Below are positions 9,046 to 17,827 of a stretch of DNA of 43,929 nucleotides, in pieces (the stretch's first letter is position 1; each line of letters opens with the position of its first letter). Below the pieces are notes generated by a model that saw only the letters and a list, made by a program, of their open reading frames with translations, had not been told where the DNA came from and did not search any database. The stretch is taken from assembly GCA_049512315.1 (NCBI GenBank), contig JBEKXF010000028.1, positions 1 through 43,929 of the forward strand, in the 5' to 3' direction. Origin of the DNA: Candidatus Aminicenantales bacterium. GTDB taxonomy: Bacteria > Acidobacteriota > Aminicenantia > Aminicenantales > Saccharicenantaceae. A program made the translations under genes and the position numbers.

Positions 9046-10647
9046 ATGAAAAAGAACAAAGGTCTTCAGGCCATCATGATCCTCGTCCTGATCGCGTTCG
9101 GACCGGCGATCCGCGCCTGGGCCCAGGGACTCACGACCTCGCCGAAGCCGCAAGAGGTTAAGCCCTCTCCGGCGGTTGATATCATTTCGGCCATGGAGGA
9201 ATCCTCAGTGACCGAGCACGTGATCCGCATCAAGGGGCAGGTCTTCCCCTACCGGGCCACGGCTGGGACGACGCTTCTCCGCGACGATAAGGGCGAGCCC
9301 ACCGGCCTGATGTACGCCGTGGCCTATACCCGCAGCGACGTCAAGGACCTGAGCACGCGTCCTATCGCCTTCTTCTATAACGGCGGACCGGGCTCGGCAT
9401 CGATGTGGCTGCACATGGGCGCCTTCGGCCCCCGCCGCGTGTTCACGGTGGACGGCGCCTTCACCCCGCCCGCGCCCTACACCCTCGTGGACAACTCCGA
9501 GAGCCTGATCGATAAGACGGATATGGTCTTCATCGACGCCATGGGCACGGGCTACAGCCACGCCGCTGGCAAGGCTCAGAACAAGGACTTCTACGGCATC
9601 GACGAGGACGTCCAGGCCTTCGCCCAGTTCATCCGAACGTACCTAAATAAAAACAACCGCTGGAACTCGCCCAAGTTCCTCGTGGGCGAGAGCTACGGGA
9701 CCTTCCGCTCGGCCGCCCTGGGCCATGCCCTCCAGTCCCGGGACGGGATCCATCTCAATGGGATCGTCCTGATTTCGACCGTCCTCGACATGTCCACGAT
9801 CACCTTCGGCACCGGTGACGACCGACCCTATATTTTCTACCTTCCGAGCTACGCCGCCGTGGCCTGGTATCATCAAGCCTTGAAGAACCGGCCACCGGAC
9901 CTCGACGCCTTCCTGGCCGAGGTGCGCCGCTACGCCCAGGGTGACTATGCTGCGGCCCTGTTCAAGGGCGCCGGTCTCTCCGCCTCGGACAAGCAGGCCG
10001 TGGCCGCCAAGCTGTCCGAGATCACGGGCCTGAGCGTGGAATACTGGCTCAAGGCCAACCTCCGGGTGACGTTGGCCCAATTCAACGTCGAGCTCGAGCG
10101 CGGCCGCGGGCTGACCACGGGTCGCATCGACGCCCGGTTCACGGGCTTCACTCGCGACCTCCTGGCCGAGAACGCCCAGGGCGACCCGGAGGGTCCGGCA
10201 GTGGGCGGCGCCTTCACAGCCCTGCTCAACACCTACAATCATCAGGAACTGCGATTCGGACAGGACAAGACCTATAACACCTCGAGCGGCGGCGCCCGGG
10301 AGTGGAGCTGGCGTCGCCAGCCGATGACGGGCGGATTCCCTGGTGCGCCCAGCACGACGAGCGGCGGTTTCTTTCCCGGCGCGCCCAACGTCGAGTCCGA
10401 CCTCGCCCAGGCCATGGTCATCAACCCCCGCCTTCTCGTCCAGGTCGAGAACGGAGACTACGACATGGCCACCCCGTTCTTCGCCACCGAGTTCACCATG
10501 AGCCATCTCGGCTTGCCTCAGGAACTCCAGGCCAATATCAGGCTGAACTACTATCCCGCAGGACACATGATGTACCTGCACGACGAGAGCCGGGTGAGGC
10601 TCCACGACAACATCGCCGCCTTCATCGACCGGGCGACGCAGAAATAG
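9046..10647 (+). CDS. peptidase S10 family serine carboxypeptidase, secreted
   Basis: NGGPGS, GTGYS, GESYG (catalytic Ser), YDMATP, AGHMMY; signal peptide. Confidence 0.92.
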   Translation: MKKNKGLQAIMILVLIAFGPAIRAWAQGLTTSPKPQEVKPSPAVDIISAMEESSVTEHVIRIKGQVFPYRATAGTTLLRDDKGEPTGLMYAVAYTRSDVKDLSTRPIAFFYNGGPGSASMWLHMGAFGPRRVFTVDGAFTPPAPYTLVDNSESLIDKTDMVFIDAMGTGYSHAAGKAQNKDFYGIDEDVQAFAQFIRTYLNKNNRWNSPKFLVGESYGTFRSAALGHALQSRDGIHLNGIVLISTVLDMSTITFGTGDDRPYIFYLPSYAAVAWYHQALKNRPPDLDAFLAEVRRYAQGDYAAALFKGAGLSASDKQAVAAKLSEITGLSVEYWLKANLRVTLAQFNVELERGRGLTTGRIDARFTGFTRDLLAENAQGDPEGPAVGGAFTALLNTYNHQELRFGQDKTYNTSSGGAREWSWRRQPMTGGFPGAPSTTSGGFFPGAPNVESDLAQAMVINPRLLVQVENGDYDMATPFFATEFTMSHLGLPQELQANIRLNYYPAGHMMYLHDESRVRLHDNIAAFIDRATQK

Positions 10648-10686
10648 TTGAGATAACTATCCTCAAGGTTGATATGGGGAAATGGC

Positions 10687-10808
10687 AAGTGCCCCTGGCC
10701 TGACTCGAACAGGCGACACACCGCCTTCGGCAGTGCTGGCAAGGCCGGCATGGATTAGGAATGCGATCTGAGAACTGGCATCCTTCAGGGGAAAAGCGGA
10801 TTTTCCCC
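10687..10808 (-). repeat. tRNA-Arg(CCT) 3' half with hairpin insert, copy 2, plus flank shared with copy 4
   Basis: Minus strand ATTCCTAATCCA-[TGCCGGCCTTGCCAGCACTGCCGAAGGCGGTG]-TGTC GCCTG TTCGAGT CAGGC CAGGGGC A CTT. Flank GAGAACTGGCATCCTTCA...TTTTCCCC recurs at 14067-14105. Confidence 0.9.
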
Positions 10809-10903
10809 GCCCGGTCCTTCAGGCCCAACTCCTGGCAGATCTTGCCGAGCTCGTAGAACGTCGTCACATAGATTTAGCCGTCGTTCAGTTTTGCCAGCGA
10901 GCC
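10800..10903 (-). pseudogene. fragment of a TPR-protein C-terminus
   Basis: Translates GSLAKLNDG*IYVTTFYELGKICQELGLKDRAG, resembling GDLYARSFYNLGKIYEQKGLKSKARE at 35338-35541. Confidence 0.45.
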
Positions 10904-10926
10904 GTGCCAGGCTGTCAGATTATTTC

Positions 10927-12141
10927 TTATGCTCTGATGAAATCGGAAGGAACATCCTTCAACCTAACGATATCCTGTATCCTGTCCTTGATGTCGAACC
11001 CGGCGATGCAGGTGACGCTGCAAACATCACATTTTTCGCATGGTTTGCCGGATACGTCAACAGTGTTGAGTGTGCGCCGGGCCTGCTCAACATTTCGGTA
11101 CCCATAAGCGTACATATAACTGCGCATCAGGGTAGGAATGTCCAGGTTATTCGGGCACTGGGGTATACACTTCTGACACTGATGACAGTATAAACCGGGT
11201 TCTGATTTGAGATCCGCCAGGTTGAGATCTTTCAGTTCCTGATCGGAAATTTTCAGGTTCTTGATCATCTCCAGGTTTTTTTGCAATTCTTCAACTGTAG
11301 ACATTCCTGAAACAATGCTCGAAATGTTTTTATTCTGAAGCACCCATTTCAAGGCGGCATTGGTATTCAGCGGTTGTGTCCTGTTCTTATCCTGGGCGGC
11401 ACCGGCGGTTGTTTTCATGGCGACGATGCCCATTCCCGCCTTCGCCGCGTAAGCCAAGGCTTCGTTCATGGCTTCCTTATTTTCGGTCTTGTAATTGTAT
11501 GCGGTCATCGCCACATCGTACACCTTGGCGTCGGCGGCGGCCCTGAGAGCCTCCTCGCAGAAACCATGCGTGGCGATACCCGCAAAGCGTATTTTGCCCT
11601 GTTTCTTAAGTTCCGTCATGGCTTTTAATATCGGATCGAACATGACGGATTCCCTTTTGCCCGCGAAAGGCAACAATAGGATATCCACATGATCGAGTCC
11701 GAACCGTTTCAGGCTTTCCTCCGCCGTCTTCATGTAAGCCTGGGCATTCATGTCTTTGGGCAAAGTGCCTGCCCGGGGATTGAAGCCTTCGGGAGTAGCA
11801 GCCGTTCCGACGACAAAAGAATCGCGCGGCAGGTCTTTCAATGCCTCGCCCACCAGCCTTTCATTGTTTCCCTGGCCATAATAGGTGGCTGAAAAGAACA
11901 GCTTGATACCCGCATCATATCCCATCCTGATAAAATTGGGGCTGGTGGCACCACTGGTACCCATGCTGATCAGCGGGGTCTTGATCCCGGTTCTCCCCAG
12001 TTTACGGCTGGCTAATGTGGGGACAGCACCCTTTTCACCAAATTCTCCGAAAGAAGCTTTCCATGTTCCCGGGATAAAAGCAGCGCCGCACATCCCGATG
12101 AGGCTCTTTTTTAGGAATTCACGACGCTGGTTTTTTCCCAT
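10927..12141 (-). CDS. aldo/keto reductase with Tat signal and C-terminal 4Fe-4S motif
   Basis: RREFLK, RKLGRTG, YGQGNNE..VGEAL, GIVAMK, CHQCQKC...CP, CEKCDVC. Confidence 0.88.
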   Translation of the reverse strand: MGKNQRREFLKKSLIGMCGAAFIPGTWKASFGEFGEKGAVPTLASRKLGRTGIKTPLISMGTSGATSPNFIRMGYDAGIKLFFSATYYGQGNNERLVGEALKDLPRDSFVVGTAATPEGFNPRAGTLPKDMNAQAYMKTAEESLKRFGLDHVDILLLPFAGKRESVMFDPILKAMTELKKQGKIRFAGIATHGFCEEALRAAADAKVYDVAMTAYNYKTENKEAMNEALAYAAKAGMGIVAMKTTAGAAQDKNRTQPLNTNAALKWVLQNKNISSIVSGMSTVEELQKNLEMIKNLKISDQELKDLNLADLKSEPGLYCHQCQKCIPQCPNNLDIPTLMRSYMYAYGYRNVEQARRTLNTVDVSGKPCEKCDVCSVTCIAGFDIKDRIQDIVRLKDVPSDFIRA

Positions 12142-12207
12142 GTTCTTATCCTTTCGGGTGAATTTGGAAAATTGGATCGGTTGAATGTCCCGTCCTGACT
12201 ATTTTGT

Positions 12208-12238
12208 AAATTTATCACCGGCCGGGCGGCCATGTCAA
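12208..12238 (-). promoter_or_regulatory. sigma70-like promoter for the aldo/keto reductase
   Basis: Minus strand TTGACA, 18 nt, TAAATT, about 70 nt upstream of the ATG. Confidence 0.45.
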
Positions 12239-12330
12239 TGACCGTGAAAGCTGGTTAAGCGCCGCGACAACCCGGCTTTCGATCAAGTATCGATCACCCT
12301 GTCACCGGAACACCCGGGAGCCGAGAAGGG

Positions 12331-12400
12331 AAGTGCCCCTGGCCTGACTCGGACAGGCGAGACACCGCCTTCGGCAGTGCTGGCAAAGCCGGCATGGGTT
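12331..12400 (-). repeat. tRNA-Arg(CCT)-type 3' half with hairpin insert, copy 3 (truncated at the anticodon stem)
   Basis: AAGTGCCCCTGGCCTGACTCGGACAGGCGAGACACCGCCTTCGGCAGTGCTGGCAAAGCCGGCATGGGTT; four substitutions versus copy 2. Confidence 0.85.
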
Positions 12401-12432
12401 CTGAACGGGCCTCAGGGCAAGGCATCCTTATC

Positions 12433-12462
12433 TTGACAGCGGTTCGGACCGGGCGATATAGT
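12433..12462 (+). promoter_or_regulatory. sigma70-like promoter for the amidohydrolase
   Basis: TTGACA (12433-12438), 18 nt, TATAGT (12457-12462). Confidence 0.6.
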
Positions 12463-12531
12463 CGTCTCGAGATGGCAGGGTCGTGCCGGATTCTCTTCTC
12501 ATTCCGGTTTGAAACGAAAGAGAGGATGCCC

Positions 12532-13974
12532 ATGAAAACACGCCTTCCGAGCGCCGCGGTCTTGCTCGCCGGTCTGTTGATCATATCGCAACTGGCGGCC
12601 GGGGCCTCCATCAAGAAGAAAGATGAAGCCGTGGCCTCGATCGAACGGCACAAGGCGGAAATCATCCATCTTAGCGATCAGGTCTGGGGCTTCGCCGAAA
12701 CCGCCCTGCTCGAGACCCGATCATCGAAGGCGCTTGCCGACTATGCCGAAGAGCAGGGCTTCACGGTCAAACGCGGTGTCGCGGGATTGCCGACGGCGTT
12801 TGTGGCGACCTACGGGGAGGGCCGGCCGATCATCGGTGTCCTCGGCGAATACGACGCCCTGCCGGGCCTGTCGCAGAAAGCCCAGCCCGTGAAGGAAGCG
12901 GTGCAGGTCGGCTCGCCGGGCCATGGATGTGGGCACAATCTGTTGGGCACGGCGGCCCTCGGAGCGGCTCTGGCCGTCAAGGACCTGATGGCCGCGGGAA
13001 AACTCAAGGGCACGATCCGCTTCTACGGCACGCCCGCCGAGGAAGCGGTGGGCGGCAAGGTATACATGGCCCGCGAGGGGCTGTTCATCGACCTCGACGC
13101 CTGTCTGACCTGGCACCCCGACGAGAAGACCCGGGTCTCCGTCGACGGCTCGCAGGCGATCGTCGACTTCATCGTCGAGTTCAGCGGCAAATCCGCGCAC
13201 GCGGCGGGCGACCCCTGGAACGGGCGCAGCGCGGTGGCGGGTCTGGAGTTCTTCGCCACGGGCCTGAACCGCATGCGCGAATTCGTCAAGCCCACCGTCC
13301 GCATGCACTACTCGATCCTGAACGGGGGCGACGTGCCGAACGTGGTGCCGGCCTACGCCAGGCTCTGGTGCTGGCTTCGCGATTCGAAGGGCGCCGGAGT
13401 CGAGCAGCTGCTCGGCCGTGCGCGCCGGATCGCCGAGGGCGCGGCCATGATGGCCGAGGTTGGATCGAAACTCACGGTCCAGGGGGGCGACTGGGAGACC
13501 CTCGTCAACATGACCGGGGAAAAAGTGATGTTCGCCAACCTCACGTGGCTCGGCCCGATTCTGTTCACGCCGGAGGAGCAGGAATTCGCCAAAGAGATCC
13601 AGCGCGCGGCGGGCGTGGATCCCAAGGGCCTCGACGGCGCGGTTCAGCCATGGATGGCGCCGAAGGCGGATCCCGAGGGCGGCTCGACGGATGTCGGCGA
13701 CGTAAGTTGGATCGTTCCCACTCTGAGTATGAACGCCACAACCGCGCCCGTGGACGCTCCCTGGCACGCCTGGCCCGTGGTCGCCTGCGGTGGAATGTCG
13801 ATCGGACACAAAGGGCTTGTCTACGCGGCCAAAACTCTGGCGGCGACGATGGTGGACCTGTTCGAGGACACGAAGACTCTCCAAGCCATTCAGGCCGAGT
13901 TCCGGGAGAAAACGAAGGGCGTAATCTACAAGCCGTTTATTCCCGACGGGCCTCCTCCCCTTCCGAAGCACTGA
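12532..13974 (+). CDS. M20D amidohydrolase, AbgB (p-aminobenzoyl-glutamate hydrolase B)-like, secreted
   Basis: GEYDALPG, GHGCGHN, GTPAEE, WHP, GSTDVGDVSW; signal peptide. ATG 12532 follows AGAGGA. Confidence 0.85.
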   Translation: MKTRLPSAAVLLAGLLIISQLAAGASIKKKDEAVASIERHKAEIIHLSDQVWGFAETALLETRSSKALADYAEEQGFTVKRGVAGLPTAFVATYGEGRPIIGVLGEYDALPGLSQKAQPVKEAVQVGSPGHGCGHNLLGTAALGAALAVKDLMAAGKLKGTIRFYGTPAEEAVGGKVYMAREGLFIDLDACLTWHPDEKTRVSVDGSQAIVDFIVEFSGKSAHAAGDPWNGRSAVAGLEFFATGLNRMREFVKPTVRMHYSILNGGDVPNVVPAYARLWCWLRDSKGAGVEQLLGRARRIAEGAAMMAEVGSKLTVQGGDWETLVNMTGEKVMFANLTWLGPILFTPEEQEFAKEIQRAAGVDPKGLDGAVQPWMAPKADPEGGSTDVGDVSWIVPTLSMNATTAPVDAPWHAWPVVACGGMSIGHKGLVYAAKTLAATMVDLFEDTKTLQAIQAEFREKTKGVIYKPFIPDGPPPLPKH

Positions 13975-14011
13975 CTCGTGCCGGGGAGTTCTCGATCGCC
14001 TCGTTCGGGCG

Positions 14012-14105
14012 AAGTGCCCCTGGCCTGACTCGAACAGACGACACCTGGATTAGGGGAATGGGATCCGAGAACTGGCATCCTTCAAGGGGAAATCAGGTTT
14101 TCCCC
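14012..14105 (-). repeat. tRNA-Arg(CCT)-type 3' half without the insert, copy 4
   Basis: Minus strand CCTAA TCCAG GTGTC GTCTG TTCGAGT CAGGC CAGGGGC A: normal anticodon-stem 3' strand, variable loop, T-arm and acceptor 3' strand. Shares its distal flank with copy 2. Confidence 0.88.
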
Positions 14106-14228
14106 ATATGATTTGTAACAAATCGGCGGGGTAGTCTGCCCGGCAAGCTTGCTCACGTCTTTTTTCTCATTAAAGCTGGATCATTTATAAGGGAGAGAGA
14201 GATGCTTGGGGCGAACGCTGGTGTCCGG

Positions 14229-15929
14229 TCAGACAATGGCCGGCTTTTGTCCCTTGAGGAGAGGGTTCATGACATTGGCCAGGACAACAAGAATGACACA
14301 GCCGATGACGTTAAACCATAAGTAGGGAATTTTTGTGAAAAAATAGCAGGCCAGCACGGCCAGTTCGGCAATGATCGCGGCGATGAATGTCGCGTTTCCG
14401 CCGATCTTCTTAAGATAGAAGGCGATCAGGAATATTCCGAGAATCGTCCCGTAAAATAGGGACCCCATAATATTCACGGCCTCGATCAATGAGCCGAGGT
14501 GGTTCGCGAATTGGGCGAAACCGATGGCGTAGAGCCCCCAAAAAATCGTGGCGGCTTTCGACACATGGAGATAGTGCCGTTCCGAAGCGTTTCGCCTGCA
14601 AAGACGTTTGTAGATATCGATAACGGTGACGGAGGCTAGGGCATTGAGTTCGGCGGAAGCCGACGCCATCGACGCCGAAAGAATCGCGGCTAGGATCAGT
14701 CCGACAAGCCCGACCGGCAGAAAGCGGGTCACAAAACTCAAGAAGATGTAATTCGTGTCGTTCGTCTCGGCCAGGGGATTGCTTTTTTTGATAAGCCCGA
14801 TGGCCTCCTGCCGGATGGCCGATTCCGATTCCCTCGTCAGCCGGAGCTTTTCCATGGCGTCGGACACGTCCGCGTCTTTGCGGGTCTCGATGGCGGCCAG
14901 CATTTGCCTGAGCTGGCCCTGCTTCTCCCCGTTCAGGACGTCATAATCCGTTTCGAGTTTCGTATAGGCTTCCGCATAGGAGCTCGTCTTGATATGGGCC
15001 GTTTCGACCGGGTTGAAAAACAACGGCGGCGTCACGAACTGGTAAAAAACGAAGATCATGGCCCCGATGAAAAGGATGACGAACTGCATGGGGACTTTGA
15101 ACACGCCGTTGGCGAGGAGCCCCATACGGCTTTGGGCGACGGACCGTCCGGAGAGGTAGCGCTGGACCTGCGACTGGTCCGTGCCGAAGTACGACAGGGC
15201 CACAAAGGCCCCGCCGATGAGGCCCGACCAGAAATTGTAGCGGTCCTTCCAGTTGAAGGCGAAATTGACGACATTGAGTTTGCCGAGTTTTCCGGCCACG
15301 TGAACGGCGCTCGAAAATGAAATGTCGGGCGGCAGCCGGCGGAAGATCATGAAAAACGCCGCGCCCATTCCCGCCGTCACGATCATCATCTGCAGGAGAT
15401 GAGTTTTATTAACGGCCTCCGTGCCGCCCGCGGCCGTATAGAGGATCACCAGGCCCCCGATCATGAAGATCGTCAGTCGGAAATCCCAGCCGAGAATGAC
15501 GGAGATAATTAAGGCCGGGGCCAGGATCGTGAATCCGGCCGCGAGGCCGCGCTGGATGAGAAAGAGGAGGCTCCCCAGGGCCCGGTTCTTCAGGTCAAAC
15601 CGCTGTTCCAGAAACTCATAAGCCGTAAACACCTTGAGTTTATGAAACAAGGGAACAGCCGTGATCGAGAGGATGACCATGGCGATGGGCACCCCGAAGT
15701 AGAACTGGACAAACCGCATGCCGTCCACGTAGGCCTGGCCGGGCATGGAAAGGAAGGTGATGGCGCTGGCCTGGGTCGCCATGATGGAGATCGTAACACC
15801 GTACCAAGGGGTCGATTTATCGGCCAGGAAATAGCCGTTCATATCCTTTTTGCCCCGGGTTTTCCAAACTCCGTAGACGGCCACGAATAAAAGGAACGAA
15901 CTCAGGACGATCCAGTCCAGGGAATGCAT
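14229..15929 (-). CDS. sodium:solute symporter (SSS family)
   Basis: GYFLA, MATQASAITFLS.PG, TAYEFLEQRF, LSYFGTDQSQVQRYL; about 13-14 TM segments. Confidence 0.92.
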   Translation of the reverse strand: MHSLDWIVLSSFLLFVAVYGVWKTRGKKDMNGYFLADKSTPWYGVTISIMATQASAITFLSMPGQAYVDGMRFVQFYFGVPIAMVILSITAVPLFHKLKVFTAYEFLEQRFDLKNRALGSLLFLIQRGLAAGFTILAPALIISVILGWDFRLTIFMIGGLVILYTAAGGTEAVNKTHLLQMMIVTAGMGAAFFMIFRRLPPDISFSSAVHVAGKLGKLNVVNFAFNWKDRYNFWSGLIGGAFVALSYFGTDQSQVQRYLSGRSVAQSRMGLLANGVFKVPMQFVILFIGAMIFVFYQFVTPPLFFNPVETAHIKTSSYAEAYTKLETDYDVLNGEKQGQLRQMLAAIETRKDADVSDAMEKLRLTRESESAIRQEAIGLIKKSNPLAETNDTNYIFLSFVTRFLPVGLVGLILAAILSASMASASAELNALASVTVIDIYKRLCRRNASERHYLHVSKAATIFWGLYAIGFAQFANHLGSLIEAVNIMGSLFYGTILGIFLIAFYLKKIGGNATFIAAIIAELAVLACYFFTKIPYLWFNVIGCVILVVLANVMNPLLKGQKPAIV

Positions 15930-15932
15930 AGG

Positions 15933-17066
15933 CTATGATTTCAGGGTTTCTTCATAGAAGGCTTCATAAAGCGGAATGATCTTGTCGGCGCTGAAGAACT
16001 GTTCGGCGCGCTTCCGGGCTTGCCCTTTAAAGAGTTCATGCCGGGCCGGGTCGCTGAGAAGGGTCACGGCGCTGGCCGCCATGTCCGCGACGTCGCCGAC
16101 GGGAAAGAGATACCCCGTCTCCCCGTGTGTGATGACCTCGGGCAGGCCGCCGATCGCGGTGGCGATCACCGGGACGCCGCAGTTCATGGCCTCGAGGGCG
16201 GTGAGGCCGAAGCTCTCCTGCTCGCTGGGCAGGAGAAAGAGGTCGGCGCAGAGAAAGAGCGGCTCAAGCTGATCCTGTTCGCCCATGAACTGGACGTCGG
16301 AATTGAGCTTTAGTTCCCTCACGAGCTGCTGGATGAAAAGCCGCTCCGGCCCGTCGCCGATCAGAACGAGTTTGGCCGGGATGTGTTCGCGAACCCGGGC
16401 GAAAATGCGCACGACATCGGCGATCCGTTTCACGGGACGAAAGTTGGAGGCGTGCATCAGGATCTTCTCCCCCCTCGGCGCCAGCGCGTCTTTCGAGCAC
16501 AGGTCGCGATTCTGTGAGGGCCGGACGGTGTCGACAAAATTGGGGATGACCCGGATCTCGCGCCGGATGTCGAATTCCTCGACCGTGCGTTTCATGAGAT
16601 AGCGGGAAACGGCCGTCACGCCGTCGGATTTCTCAATGGCGAATTTGACGACCCGTTGAAATGACGGGTCGGCGCCGACCAGGGTGATATCCGTGCCGTG
16701 AAGGGTCGTGATCGTTTTCAGACGCTGCGAGTTGAAAATCTGCTTGGCCAGGTAGGCGCTGGCGGCGTGGGGAACCGCATAATGGGCATGAATGATGTCG
16801 AGATCATGGGTCTCCGCGAGTTCCACCAGTTTGGTGACGAGGCCCAACTCATACGGGGGATACTTGAACAGCGGATAGGTCGCGACTTCGATCTCGTGGA
16901 CGAAGACATTCCGGTGAAACGTGCGCAGACGAAACGGCGGGGCATAGCTGACGATATGGATCTCGTGGCCCATTTTCGCCAAGCCGATCGCCAATTCCGA
17001 GGCCACGACCCCGCTGCCGCCGTGGGTCGGATAGCAGACGATCCCGATTTTCATGCTGGTCCTCAT
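15933..17066 (-). CDS. bshA: N-acetyl-alpha-D-glucosaminyl L-malate synthase (GT4)
   Basis: [57 protein letters not shown]; adjacent to bshB1 and bshC. Confidence 0.93.
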   Translation of the reverse strand: MRTSMKIGIVCYPTHGGSGVVASELAIGLAKMGHEIHIVSYAPPFRLRTFHRNVFVHEIEVATYPLFKYPPYELGLVTKLVELAETHDLDIIHAHYAVPHAASAYLAKQIFNSQRLKTITTLHGTDITLVGADPSFQRVVKFAIEKSDGVTAVSRYLMKRTVEEFDIRREIRVIPNFVDTVRPSQNRDLCSKDALAPRGEKILMHASNFRPVKRIADVVRIFARVREHIPAKLVLIGDGPERLFIQQLVRELKLNSDVQFMGEQDQLEPLFLCADLFLLPSEQESFGLTALEAMNCGVPVIATAIGGLPEVITHGETGYLFPVGDVADMAASAVTLLSDPARHELFKGQARKRAEQFFSADKIIPLYEAFYEETLKS

Positions 17067-17800
17067 GGGATTGTCCAGAGATACTCGGGCCCGAAAAATC
17101 CGACGGGATCCTCCAGTTTGATGGCTTCCCGGACAAGAAAGGGCTCGCCGTATTTGGCGCCGATATGCGCGCCGTAGTGCCGGGCCCGGGTCTCAATGCT
17201 GTCCAGGAACTCGGGCCTGCCGATAAGGGTCTCCCCTTTCGCGGATTCGGCCTGGCCCGGACGATGGAATTGGGATTCATAGGCCCTGATCGCCTTCATT
17301 TTTTGTTCGTGCGCGTCGGAAATATCGACGATAAAGGAGGGCGTGAACTCGAACCGGGTCTGGTAATAAATGACCTTATGGGGCCGGAAGGGAGGCTCGC
17401 CCGTTTCAAGCTTCTTCAGTCCGGCCAGGTAGGCCGCCTGACGCACGAGATGGGACGTTTGCTCGTGGTCCGGGTGACGGTCGACCCAATAGGGCGCGAA
17501 AACGATTTTTGGTTTGCAGGCGCGCAGGACGCCGATGATCTTGAGCTTGTTCTCCCAGGTCACCTCGACCCGCCCGTCGGGAATGTCCAGCATTTGATGG
17601 GCCGTCAAGCCCATGATCTTCGCCGCGTTCATAAACTCCCGGGCCCGGATTTCGGCGCTGCCCCGCGTCGCCATCTCCCCCTGGGTCAGCACGACGATTC
17701 CCGTTTTATACCCCAACTCCGCCAACTTAACCAGCGTGCCGCCGCACGAGAGCTCGACGTCGTCGGCATGGGCCCCAAACGCTAAGGCATCCAAGTCCAT
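17063..17800 (-). CDS. bshB1: bacillithiol biosynthesis deacetylase (PIG-L family)
   Basis: GAHADDVELSCGG, LTQGEM.TRG, DRHPDH, YESQF; ATGA overlap with bshA. Confidence 0.9.
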   Translation of the reverse strand: MDLDALAFGAHADDVELSCGGTLVKLAELGYKTGIVVLTQGEMATRGSAEIRAREFMNAAKIMGLTAHQMLDIPDGRVEVTWENKLKIIGVLRACKPKIVFAPYWVDRHPDHEQTSHLVRQAAYLAGLKKLETGEPPFRPHKVIYYQTRFEFTPSFIVDISDAHEQKMKAIRAYESQFHRPGQAESAKGETLIGRPEFLDSIETRARHYGAHIGAKYGEPFLVREAIKLEDPVGFFGPEYLWTIP

Positions 17801-17827
17801 GACAGTCTCCTTGTCGGACGGAATCCG

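Noticed and set aside
12294..12665. Recurrent peptide MPALPALPKAV in small ORFs (also 10551-10751)
   Set aside because: It is a translation of the tRNA-derived repeat, not a protein family.
10687..14059. Functional tRNA-Arg genes
   Set aside because: No copy has a 5' acceptor strand or D-arm next to the anticodon loop.
12721..14111. 416-aa minus and 394-aa plus alternative ORFs
   Set aside because: Shadow frames of the amidohydrolase with Arg/Gly-rich composition.
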